Below are positions 16,927 to 27,700 of a DNA stretch of 64,000 nt, piece by piece; position 1 is the first letter of the stretch; each line of letters opens with the position of its first letter. Made by a program: the position numbers and the translations under genes. The notes beneath the pieces are model-generated. The model saw only the letters and a list, made by a program, of their open reading frames with translations, was not told the DNA's origin and did not search any database. Source of the DNA: a virus; the IMG/VR virus record IMGVR_UViG_3300035694_000088. One strand, 5' to 3'.

Positions 16927-18760
16927 CCCCGATGTTGTCGCCACCCCCGCCACGCCCCCCACCGATGACCCGCAAACCGGGGGGATGCTCGCCCTGATCC
17001 CCGACAACGTCGAGCAGCTCGCCGTCGAGGGTGGCCTGCCCGCCAGTGAGCTCCACCTGACGTTGATCTACCTGGGGGATGACGTCAGCACCTGGGCGCC
17101 GGGACAGGCCGATCACCTCAAGGCGCTCGTGACGGCCAGCGGGCCGGGTTTGGATCCGGTGAACGCCCGGATCATGGGCCACGCCCTGTTCAATCCCGAC
17201 GGCGGTGCTGACGGGGACAAATCCCCGTGCGTGGTCTACCTGGTGTCCGACACGCCCGACCTCGAACCGTTGCACAAATGGGCCACCTGGACGGCGACCA
17301 CGGGACAGGATTACCCGACCCCGCCACCGCAGCACCAGCCGTTCATCCCGCATATCACGGCCGGGCAGGACATCGGACCCGATGAACTGTCCTACACCGG
17401 GCCGGTGCGGTTCTCGACATTGCGGTTGGCGCTGGGTGGCGACGTGACTGATGTGCCGTTGGGCGAGCAGGAGGACACCGTGGCCGGTCCGCAGATCAAG
17501 GGCATCACTTTCACCCCACCGAAAGAGGTTCGCGACGCAGCGTGGGATTTAGACGGCCCAATGGCCTGTGATGTGGTCGAGGGCAAGGCCCTGGACCCGG
17601 ACGGTTTGGTGTGGGTTGCGGCGCACTGCGGTGACGTCGGCCGGGAGTGGGCCCGGGACATGCTCGGTCGGGTCGAGGTCAAGACCGACATGAACATGGG
17701 CCGTGTCGTCGGCGGTGACCGGCCGAAACTGGAGTCTCTGAAAGACCTCGATGACGCGATCGGGGCGCATCACGAGCTGCCCGCCCAGGAGCGCGCGGAG
17801 AACGTCAAACGCCTCAAGGCGTCCGCGCACCGCCTGGGCGCGGATCATCACGTGCACGAGCGGATCGGCAGTCTGGAGACCGCCACGACCGACGGGTCCG
17901 GGCGCAAGGATGACGCTGACGGCGTCGAGTACAAGACGTGGGCGCCGGGCAATTCGACACCGCCGCTGTTGCCGCATCTGGCCGCGCTGGATCAGGCGAT
18001 CGCCGCGCACCACAAGGTGCGTCCGGAGGCGCGGGGTAAGCACAAGCACCATCTGAAGGTTGAGGCGCACCGTTTGGGTGCGTCGGGCAGTGTGCACGCC
18101 CGGATCGACACTCTGGAGCCGCATTCTTTCCATCCGGCACTGAAATCCGGTACTGATGGTGTCGAGTTCAAGGTCACCTCACCGGGGCCGGGCGCGACCC
18201 GCTTGCGGGAGTATTGGGCGCGCAATCCGAAAGGCCGGGCGAAGTGGCGTCCGGGCAGCGGCGGGGATTTCAACCGGCTGCGCCGCCATTTGGCGAAGTA
18301 CGTGCACAACCCGAAGATCCTTAACGGTTTGGCCGCGAACATTCACAAGATGGCCACCGGTGAGTGGCCCGGTAAGAATGCGCACACCATTCGAGCGAAG
18401 CCCGGCAAGCCGCTCACCTACGGGATTAAGTCCGTCGTGGCGTGGGAGTCGGTCGAGCAGAAGGACGCCCTCACCGAGCCGGACATGGCGGAGCTGTTCG
18501 CCGGGGTCGACGACTGGGGGCGTGAGTTCATCAGCGATGAGGCCGACGCCTACCTCGCGGCACTGGCCGAAGCCCAGGGCGAGCTCCCTGACGAGGGGGA
18601 GCCCGGGGACGTTGAGCGGACCGCCGCGCTGGCCGCGTTGGGCGCGAAACTGGTCGCTGACCCTGCCATGGGGGGGTCCGGGGACACCTCGGACGCTGCG
18701 GGAACCGACGCGGGGGACAGTTTGTTCGGCAGTACCGGGGTATCAGGGGTCGGGGAGTGA
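16916..18760 (+). CDS. multidomain head-associated protein: 2H phosphoesterase, two helical repeats, YW..GD..TGEWPG domain
   Basis: HLTL (17054) and HITA (17351) 2H motifs; lies between MuF and protease. Confidence 0.75.
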   Translation: MADNPDVVATPATPPTDDPQTGGMLALIPDNVEQLAVEGGLPASELHLTLIYLGDDVSTWAPGQADHLKALVTASGPGLDPVNARIMGHALFNPDGGADGDKSPCVVYLVSDTPDLEPLHKWATWTATTGQDYPTPPPQHQPFIPHITAGQDIGPDELSYTGPVRFSTLRLALGGDVTDVPLGEQEDTVAGPQIKGITFTPPKEVRDAAWDLDGPMACDVVEGKALDPDGLVWVAAHCGDVGREWARDMLGRVEVKTDMNMGRVVGGDRPKLESLKDLDDAIGAHHELPAQERAENVKRLKASAHRLGADHHVHERIGSLETATTDGSGRKDDADGVEYKTWAPGNSTPPLLPHLAALDQAIAAHHKVRPEARGKHKHHLKVEAHRLGASGSVHARIDTLEPHSFHPALKSGTDGVEFKVTSPGPGATRLREYWARNPKGRAKWRPGSGGDFNRLRRHLAKYVHNPKILNGLAANIHKMATGEWPGKNAHTIRAKPGKPLTYGIKSVVAWESVEQKDALTEPDMAELFAGVDDWGREFISDEADAYLAALAEAQGELPDEGEPGDVERTAALAALGAKLVADPAMGGSGDTSDAAGTDAGDSLFGSTGVSGVGE

Positions 18761-21700
18761 CCGCCACTCTCGGCGATATTGACACCCCGGAGGACATGAG
18801 TCCCCTGGAGTGGAAGTCCCTGCCGGGCGGGGAGATGACCTCCCCACTGACCGGGGTGATCGGTCACGACGACGCCGACGGCACGATCACCGCTTTGGTC
18901 GCGGTGTCTGGGGTGGTCGATGAGGTCGGTGACGTCATCGTGCCCGGCTCCCTGGAGGCGGCGATCAAGCGGCTTAAGCCTAAGGGGGTGATGTCGCACA
19001 ATTGGGGCGAGAAGGTTTCTAAGCTGGTGTGGTCGAAAGAGTTGATGCCGGGCGACCCGATGCTGCCCAAACAAACCCCCGACGGGCAGCCGTGGCCCGC
19101 CAACGCGGGCGGTCTGCTGATCAAGGCCCGGTACAATCTCGATAAGCAATCCGGGCGGGACGCGTACGCGGACGCGAAGTTCTACGGCCCGGAGGAGTGC
19201 TTTTCGATCGGCTATAAGGTTCGCCCCGGTGGCGCCCGGATGCGCAACGGGAAACGGTACCTGCACGATTTCGATCTATACGAATGGTCGCAGGTGCTTC
19301 ACGGGGCGCACCGTCTGGCGACCCTGACGGGGGTGAAATCCCTCGCCGACACCATCGAAGCCCCGTGGTACGATGGCACCCGTTCCGGTGACATCGAGGG
19401 GGATACCGCTCTGCCTGCTGACGTGGAAACCAAGGTTCGTGTTGTCCGCGACGCGGACTTCTGGCACCTGCCCGTCGGCACCCCCATCAAGCCCGGCATG
19501 GTCCCCCACGGACTGAACAGGCCACCCACCGCGCAAGAACTGCACTCCACCACCGCCGAAACCGGTGACGACGCCGGAGTCCACGGCGCCCCCGACGACG
19601 TCGCCACCCCCGGCATGCCCGGTGCCCCCGTTGGCCTGGGCGCCCCACCCATGCCCGACATGGCACTGCCCACCCCCGGGCCGAAAGACGGCGACGTACC
19701 CACCGGTGACCCCGAGGCGGCCGTCGAAGCGCTACGCAAACGCGTCGGAGAGATTCAGAAGCTCAACACTCCGGCCGCCCGCACCGCAGCCGCCGCCCTG
19801 ACCCCATTCCTGGTCCCCGGCGCGCCCGTGCGGGCATCAGCCGACGGGCAGCTCGTCGCCGTGCACACCGGTGACGCCTGGCGCTTCGCCGACACCGCCA
19901 ACGGTGGTGTCATGCAGGCCACCCTGCCCGGCACCCTGCCCCAACCCAACGTTGATGTCGTACTCCACGACCTGTCCCAGGTCGGTATCCCCTGGGATTC
20001 CGTGGAGGCCCGTCGCAAGCGCTGGTCCGATAACCCCGCCCAGCTCCAAGCCGACAAGACCGCTGTAGCGGGCATTTTCGCCAGGGGCGGCCTACCGCCG
20101 ACCACAACACCAGCCGGGGTCGGTGGCGCGGGAATGGGCGCCCCGCCACCCCCCGGCGTCCCCGCGCCACCGCAAGCGCCGAATGCGCCACCCGGTGCAC
20201 CCCCCAACGTCCCCGGTGCACCGCCCAACGCCCCAGGGCTCCCCGTCGGGGCACCGTCGGGTTACGCCCAACCCCCGGCCGTGCCCCCGGTACCGCCGCA
20301 AGCCGCCCCTGCCGTCACCCCCCCTCCGGCAGGGGCACCCCCCGTTTCGCCGAAAACGTTCCCGCGCGGCTCCCTGAAGGGCCACGGGGTGCAGCTCGGT
20401 GACCGGATCCGCGTCCACGGGCACCCCAAAGGCACTCTGGAAGGCACCGTCGAAACCGGCAAGACTGGGCACCATCTTGTGCACGACGACGGCACTAAAA
20501 CGTGGATCGGTGGGGCCGGGTCGCGCCACCACGTGGAGAAGCTCGGCAAGGCCGCCGACCAGCCGCCCAGGCCGCAGCCCGCCCCGGAGCCCGACAAGCC
20601 CGCCGCGCCCGCCGCGCCCGCCGCGCCGGAGCCGTATCAGGCCACCGGCAACATCAACGCCCCGCACAAGCTCACCGACGAACAACTGGCCACCGAATCC
20701 GCCCACGCCGCCGCCCGCTACGCCCGCGCCCGCGCCAACGGGGCACCGAAGACCTCCGTCGAGCATCACGACGCGAAACTGGGTCACACCGTCTTTCAGG
20801 ACGAGATCCGGCGCCGGGCCACCGGCGGGGAACACACCCCCGACGCGCCCCCGACACCGGGGACACCTCCCGCGCCGGATCTGAAACCAGTCTCGGACAT
20901 GACCCTGGAGGAGCTCCGCACCGAACGGCGCGGTCTGCTCAGCAATCACCGCACCCCTGCGGAGACGGCTCGCCTGCGCGAGATCCGCGACGAGATGACC
21001 CGCAAGGAAGACGCCGCCTGGCAAGAGGAGATGGCGACCGGTCGCGCCCATAAGAAGCTCGCTAATGCCGACGGCCCGGAGCTCCTGAAGGCCCTCTCTG
21101 AGGCATCCGACGAAGACCTAGCGAAGACCGCAGCCACTTGGAGCAAGAGCGACTCCAAGCGGGCTCGCCTCGTCAAGGGAGAGATCGCCCGACGGGCGGC
21201 TGCCGGTCAGGCCGCCGCGCCGGACAAGCCCGGAGAGGTCCCCGAGGGCAGTAAGCCCGCCGACACGATCCGAGTGCCCCCCGAGCTCGCTGACGGTGCA
21301 CACAAGGTTCGGGCGGACGCGCTGGGCATCATCGACGGCCCCGACGGGCAAGAGGAACTGACCCCCGAGGTCGCCGACCGGCAAGACCGCGTCCAAGCGC
21401 ACCTGGCGGCCGGGGAAACCGCCCTGGCCGACAAAACCGACGACGAGCTCCCCACGATCCGCAAGGATCTGACCGACGAGCTGGCGCTACAGAACGAACT
21501 GGCCCGGCGTGACATCGAGCGTCGTAAAGAGGTCGCCGCCGCGAAGGCCGGGGCGCCTTCCGAGTCGGCGGCCAACGCCCCGGCCGGGGCGGAAGATACC
21601 GGCCCGAAGCTGCGCCCCGGTGTCGCGGGGGCCGCCGAAGACCTCGGCGACGCCCTGAACGCCAAACCCCGTGACGACGCGACGGTGCACGCCGCCGCCG

Positions 21701-24700
21701 AACGGTTCGCGAAGATGCTGCGCCGTCACGGGGACTCGAAGTCCTTTGACGCGGTCCGGGCCGCTGCCGGTGACGACATCCACGCCGCCATCGCTTCTGG
21801 TGAGCTGCGTGCGGGGATGCTGTTCACCGCCGCCGGGGGTGTGCGTGAGGAGCGGCGCCTGGCCCGCAATGAGGGCGCTAAGAAGCGCCGTCTGGCTAAG
21901 CGCCTGGACCGGGACCGGATCAAGGCCCTCATCGGTGCGGTGGACACCGAGATCAGGTCGCGTAAGGATCGCAAGCGCGGCGCGGTGGAAACCAAACCTT
22001 CGGCGGTTCCGGTTGCGAGCACCACCGCGCCGTCCAAGCCGCGCGCCGCCGCCGAGGCCGCCATCCGTGACGGGGACCGGATCGCCCTGGTCGATGCCCT
22101 GCGGGAGATGGGTGACCCGGGTCCGCGTGAGACCGCGATGCGTCTGCGGGAACTGCCCGAGGATGAGGCGGTCGCCGGGCTCGCTGATGTCGGCAAACCG
22201 GCCAGCGTACCGGAGCCCGCCCCCCACCGAGGGCAGGTTCGCCGCGACGAACGCGACGCCCGTCTCGCCGCCGACGACAACCGCGTCGGCCGCGCCCAGG
22301 AGCACATGCGTCAGGCTCGCGCCGCCGCCGACGACGGCGACTTCGAGGGTGCATTCGCCCACCTTGATAAGGCGCAGGAACTGAACCCGGAGCGTCAAAA
22401 GCTGTGGGATAAGGCACGCGGGATCATCACCGAGCAGCGGGACCGCGCTAAGGGTGCACAATCGCCTGAAACGGAAGGCGGTGACCATGAACGCCCTAGC
22501 GGACCAGATCGAGGCGTGGTACCAGAAGTACCAACCGGAGGTCTACGACGGGATCAAGGACAAACCGGCGTTCTTTCGGGAACTGACCGGCCGGGCGAAC
22601 GAACAGATCGCCCAGTTGACCGACGCGCTGGCGGGACCGGACCAGCCAGGGGAGACCTACGCCCACAAACTGGGGCGCCTGAACATGGCGCAAGCGCAGG
22701 CGACGGAGAAGGTGACACGCGAGTTCGCGATGTGCCCACCGCCCCCCAACTGGAAAGACAGTCCGGCGCCGAGCCCGGAGACACCGGACCCGAGCATCCT
22801 CCCGGACGAGACGCCGGAGGACCGCAAGTTCCGGACGGCGATGGAGGACTTCGCGACAGCGAGCAGCGAACTGGACGACCAGCGCCGGAACACGAGACTG
22901 AAGACACTGCCGGTCCTGCCACCCCGGGGCAAGACACCGGCACCCCCGACCGGGAAGTAACCGCCGAGGACCAGCCCGGCGCGGACGCTTCGCAGGTCGA
23001 TGCGATCCCCGACACCGGGGAGTCGTTTCGCCCCACGGGTGAAGCCCTGGCCCCTGCGGGTAAGAAGGCGAAACTGGCGGCGAACCTCGCCGCCCTGCGG
23101 GTGCTGCGGGAGCTCCAGACCGAGAAGCGCTCCGCCACCCCGGCCGAACAGACCGTGCTGTCCCGGTGGGCCGGGTGGGGTGGCCTGCCTGAGGTGTTCG
23201 ACGATCGGAAAACCGAGTATGCGAAGGAGCGCGAGGAGCTACGTGGACTGCTGTCGCCCGCTGAATGGAACGAGGGCCGCCGCAACACCCTCAACGCTCA
23301 TTACACCGACCCCCGTGTTGTGCAATCAGTGTGGAAGGCGGTGGAGGATCTCGGGTTCGACGGCGGCCGTGTGCTTGAGCCCGGCTCCGGTTCCGGCACG
23401 TTCATCGGATTCGCCCCACCTGGGGCGGACATGGTCGGGGTCGAGCTGGACTCCACGACCGCTGCGATCTCTCGTGCCCTCTACCCGCACGCGACGATCC
23501 GCAATGAGTCTTTCGCCAAAACTCGCCTGCCAGCGGGGTCATTCGACGCGACGGTAGGCAACGTCCCGTTCGGGCAGTTCAGTCTGACCGACCGGGTGCA
23601 CAACCCCGGCCAGAAGATGTCGATCCACAACCATTTCATTGTCAAGTCGCTGGCGATGACCAAGCCCGGTGGTGTGGTCGCCCTGTTGACGTCGCGTTAC
23701 ACGCTGGACGCGCAGTCACCCCGGGACCGCAAGCGCATGGCGGAGATGGGGGATCTGATCGGGGCGGTGCGCCTGCCCACGGGGTCGCACTCGAAGACCT
23801 CCGGTACTGACGTCATCGAAGATGTGTTGATCTTTCGGCGTCGGGAGCCGGGCGCGGCCCCCCTGACCCCACAAGACTGGATCAACTCCAGTGAGCACGA
23901 CATCGACGGTCACCAGATCACCGTCAACGACTACTTCACCGCCCACCCCGACAACGTCCTCGGCGAGCTCCACGCCGAACCCGGCCAGTACGGCACCGGC
24001 AGCCTGATCGTCAAGGGCGACAGGGACATGCCGGGGCTCGCCGCCGCCCTCGACCGCATCACCGAGCAGGCCAAAGCCGACGGGGCCACCGCCACACCCC
24101 GTATGACCGACCTGCACGCCCTGGTCGACGCCGACACCGCCCGCCACGAAGGCCACATCGCCGCCCATGACGACGGCACCTTCACCCAAGCCGCCCAAGG
24201 CACCGCCGTCCCCTTCGACGTGCCCGACAAGCAAGCCGAGGAACTGCGCGGCCTGATCGGCATGCGCGACACCCTGACGTCGCTACTGACCGCTGAAGCC
24301 GCATCAGTGTCCGACTCGCCCCAAATCAAGGCACTGCGCGCCGACCTCAACGACCAGTACGACGCCTACGTCAAACGCTACGGGCCGATCAACCGCTACA
24401 CCCTGACCAAAACCGGGGCCCGCAACGCCCCCGGGCAAGGCGGGTTCCGGCGCGATCCCATGTCGGCGATCGTCCGCGCGTTGGAGGTCTACAACCCCGA
24501 GACCGGCAAGGCCGTCAAGACCGACATCTTCACCAAACGGGCCAGCTCCCCGCGTGAGATCCCCACCCACGCCGACTCACCCGCCGACGCGCTCGCCCTG
24601 TGCCTGGACACCTACGGGGAAGTCAACCTCCTCGAGATCGCCAAAATGCTCGGCGTCGGTGAGACCGCCGCCCGCCATCAGCTCGGCGACCTCGTTTTCG

Positions 24701-27700
24701 AGCAACCGCCCCTGACCGATGCCGAGCACACCGCCGCATGGACCGCCATGCGCGAAGACCACGGCGGCCTGGCCGACGAGAACGTTCCCGCCGACCGCAT
24801 CGACCTGTCCAGCGTTGGCGAATCGGTGCGCGCTGAAGGCGCCCTCGAACCTGCCGCCGCCTACCTGTCCGGCAACGTGCGCCGCAAACTGGCCGCCGCG
24901 AAGGCCGCCGCCGCCCACGATGACCGGTTCGCGCCCAACGTCGCCGCCCTGGAGAAGGTCATCCCCACCGACCTGGGGGTCGATGAGGTCGACGGGCGCC
25001 TGGGTGCGGCGTGGATCCCCGCCGACGACGTCAAGGCGTTCATGGTCGACCTGCTCCATGACGGCAACGACCGCTACAACTCCGTGCAGGTCGCCACCTC
25101 CGGTGGCGGGATCTGGACCGTCAAGGGCGGTGACCACGGGAACAAGGCCACCGAGCAGTGGGGCACCAGCCGCAAATCCGCTGGTGAGCTTATCGCCGCC
25201 ATGCTGGAACAAAAACCGATCCGGGTCACCGACACCATTGACGGGAAGTCCTACCCGAACCTTGAGGAGACCCTGGCAGCGCAGGCGAAAGCCGACGAGC
25301 TACAGGAACGGTTCTCCGAGTGGCTGTTCGAGGACTCCGATCGCACCAAGCGTCTCCTGCGGTCCTACAACGACCAGTTCAATGCGATCCGGTTGCGGTC
25401 CTACGACGACATGCCCCGAGTGTTCCCCGGTATGGCCGACCGGTTCGTACCCAGGGATCATCAGGTTTCGGCCGTCAACCGGATCGTTTCCGAGCCCACC
25501 GCTTTGCTGGCGCACGTCGTCGGGGCGGGCAAGACTGCTGAAATGGCCATGGGCGCCGCCGAGCTCAGACGCCTGGGGATGGCTAAGAAGCCCGCGATCG
25601 TGGTCCCTTCGCACATGCTGGAGCAGTTCACCCGCGAATATCTCCAGATCTATCCCAACGCGAAGATCCTGGCCGCTGGGACCGATGATCTGGGCGGGGA
25701 CAAGCGTCGGGAGTTCGTGGCGCGCGCCGCCACCGGGCAATGGGATTGCGTCATCCTGACAAAAGATGCGATGCAGCTCATTCCCATGTCGCCCGAGGCG
25801 ACAGAGGCATACATTGCTCGCGAAATGGCCACCATGCGCGCCCAACTGGAAGCCGCCCAGGCCGAAGGCGGGGACGCCGCCCAGCAGGCGACAGTAAAGA
25901 AAATGGAGAAGGCCGTCATCAGCGCCGAGGAGGCGCTGCGGGCGAAACTGGAGAAGACGAAAGACGCGGGGGTGTCTTTCGAGCAGACCGGCATCGACTA
26001 CCTGTTCGTCGACGAGGCACACCAGTACTCGAACCTGCGCACCGTGTCCAACATTCAGGGCGCCGGGGCGACCGGGTCGGGTATCGCCACCGACCTGCAC
26101 ATGAAGATCGAGCACCTGCGGGCGAACAACGCATCAGGGCGGGTGGCGACGTTCGCCACCGGCACCCCGATCCGCAACACCGTGACGCAGGCGTACATCA
26201 TGCAACGGTTCCTGCGGCCCGACCTGCTCAAAGAGGCCGGGATCAACTCGTTCGACCAGTGGGCCGCGACGTTCGGGCAGACCGTCGACGAGATGGAACT
26301 GAAGCCCGAGGGCACAGGTTTCCGCCAGACCACCCGGTTCGCGAAGTTCCGCAACGTCCCCGAACTGCTGCGACTGTTTCAGATCTTCGCCGACGTCAAG
26401 ACCGCTGAAGACCTCAACCTGCCCACCCCGAAACTGGAGGGTGGGGAGGTTGACAACGTCGTCGTACCGTCCACTGATGAGCTCAAGGCCACCATGGCGG
26501 AGCTCGCGCAGCGCGCCGACGACTACCGCAACGGCAAGCCGCAGAAGCGAGAAAACGCCGCTGGTACCGGCGAGGTCGAAGACATGATGCTGCTGATCAG
26601 CATGGACGGGCGTAAGGCCGCCATGCGGCAGTCGGACAAGCTGGACATAGCGGCCGACAAAATGTTCGCGATCTGGGAGAAGACCAAAAACAAGCCGGTA
26701 CCTAAAGACCTCGACGATCCCACTGCCGGGGATGACCCGCCACCCGGTGGGCTACAGATCGTGTTCTCCGACATGTTCACCCCCGGTGGCACCGGCGCTG
26801 ACGATTTCAACGCTTATGAGGCGCTGCGGCAGAAGCTGGCCGACCGGGGAATGGACCCGACCACGATCAGGTTCATGCACGACGCGAAAAACGACCGACA
26901 GAAGGCGGAACTGTTCGCCGCCGCCCGCAACGGTCAAGTCTCCGTCCTCATCGGGTCCACAGAGAAAATGGGTGTCGGCACTAACGTGCAACGCCGCGCT
27001 GTGGCCCTGCATCACCTCGACGCCCCGTGGCGCCCGTCGGACCTCGAACAGCGCGACGGCCGGATCATGCGCCAGGGCAACGCCAACGACACCATTTCGA
27101 TCCACCGGTACGTCACCGAAGGCTCATTCGACGCCTACATGTGGCAAACCCTGGAACGCAAAAAGAAGTTCATCGACCAGATCATGCGCGGCACCCTGGA
27201 TCAGCGCGAGATCGAAGACGTCGGCGAGACCGCCCTGTCCTACGCCGAAGTCAAAGCGCTGGCCACCGGCAACCCCCTGCTGTTGCACAAGGCCACCGTC
27301 GACACCACGATCGGCAAACTGTCCCGCCTGGAACGCACCCACAATCGCACCCAAACCAACCTGCGGCGCGACGTCACCAACTACCGGGCCAAAGCCGAAG
27401 CCGACGACGAGCACGCCACCCACCTCACCCGCGCGATCACCAAACGCACCGACACCACCACCGGTGACAACTTCGCGATGACCGTCCACGGCACCACCAC
27501 CCACGATCGGGGTGAGGCCGCCGCGATGCTCAAGGCGAGCATCGAAGACGTGGTTCGCAACAACTACTACAGCAACAAACCCAAGCCGGTCGCCGAGTTC
27601 GGTGGCCACCGGCTGATGGCCGCCGTGGACACCTACTACGACCGTTCCGGGGCCCGGCGTTCCGGGGTGACCCTGACGTGGGATGGGATCCCCGACCACA

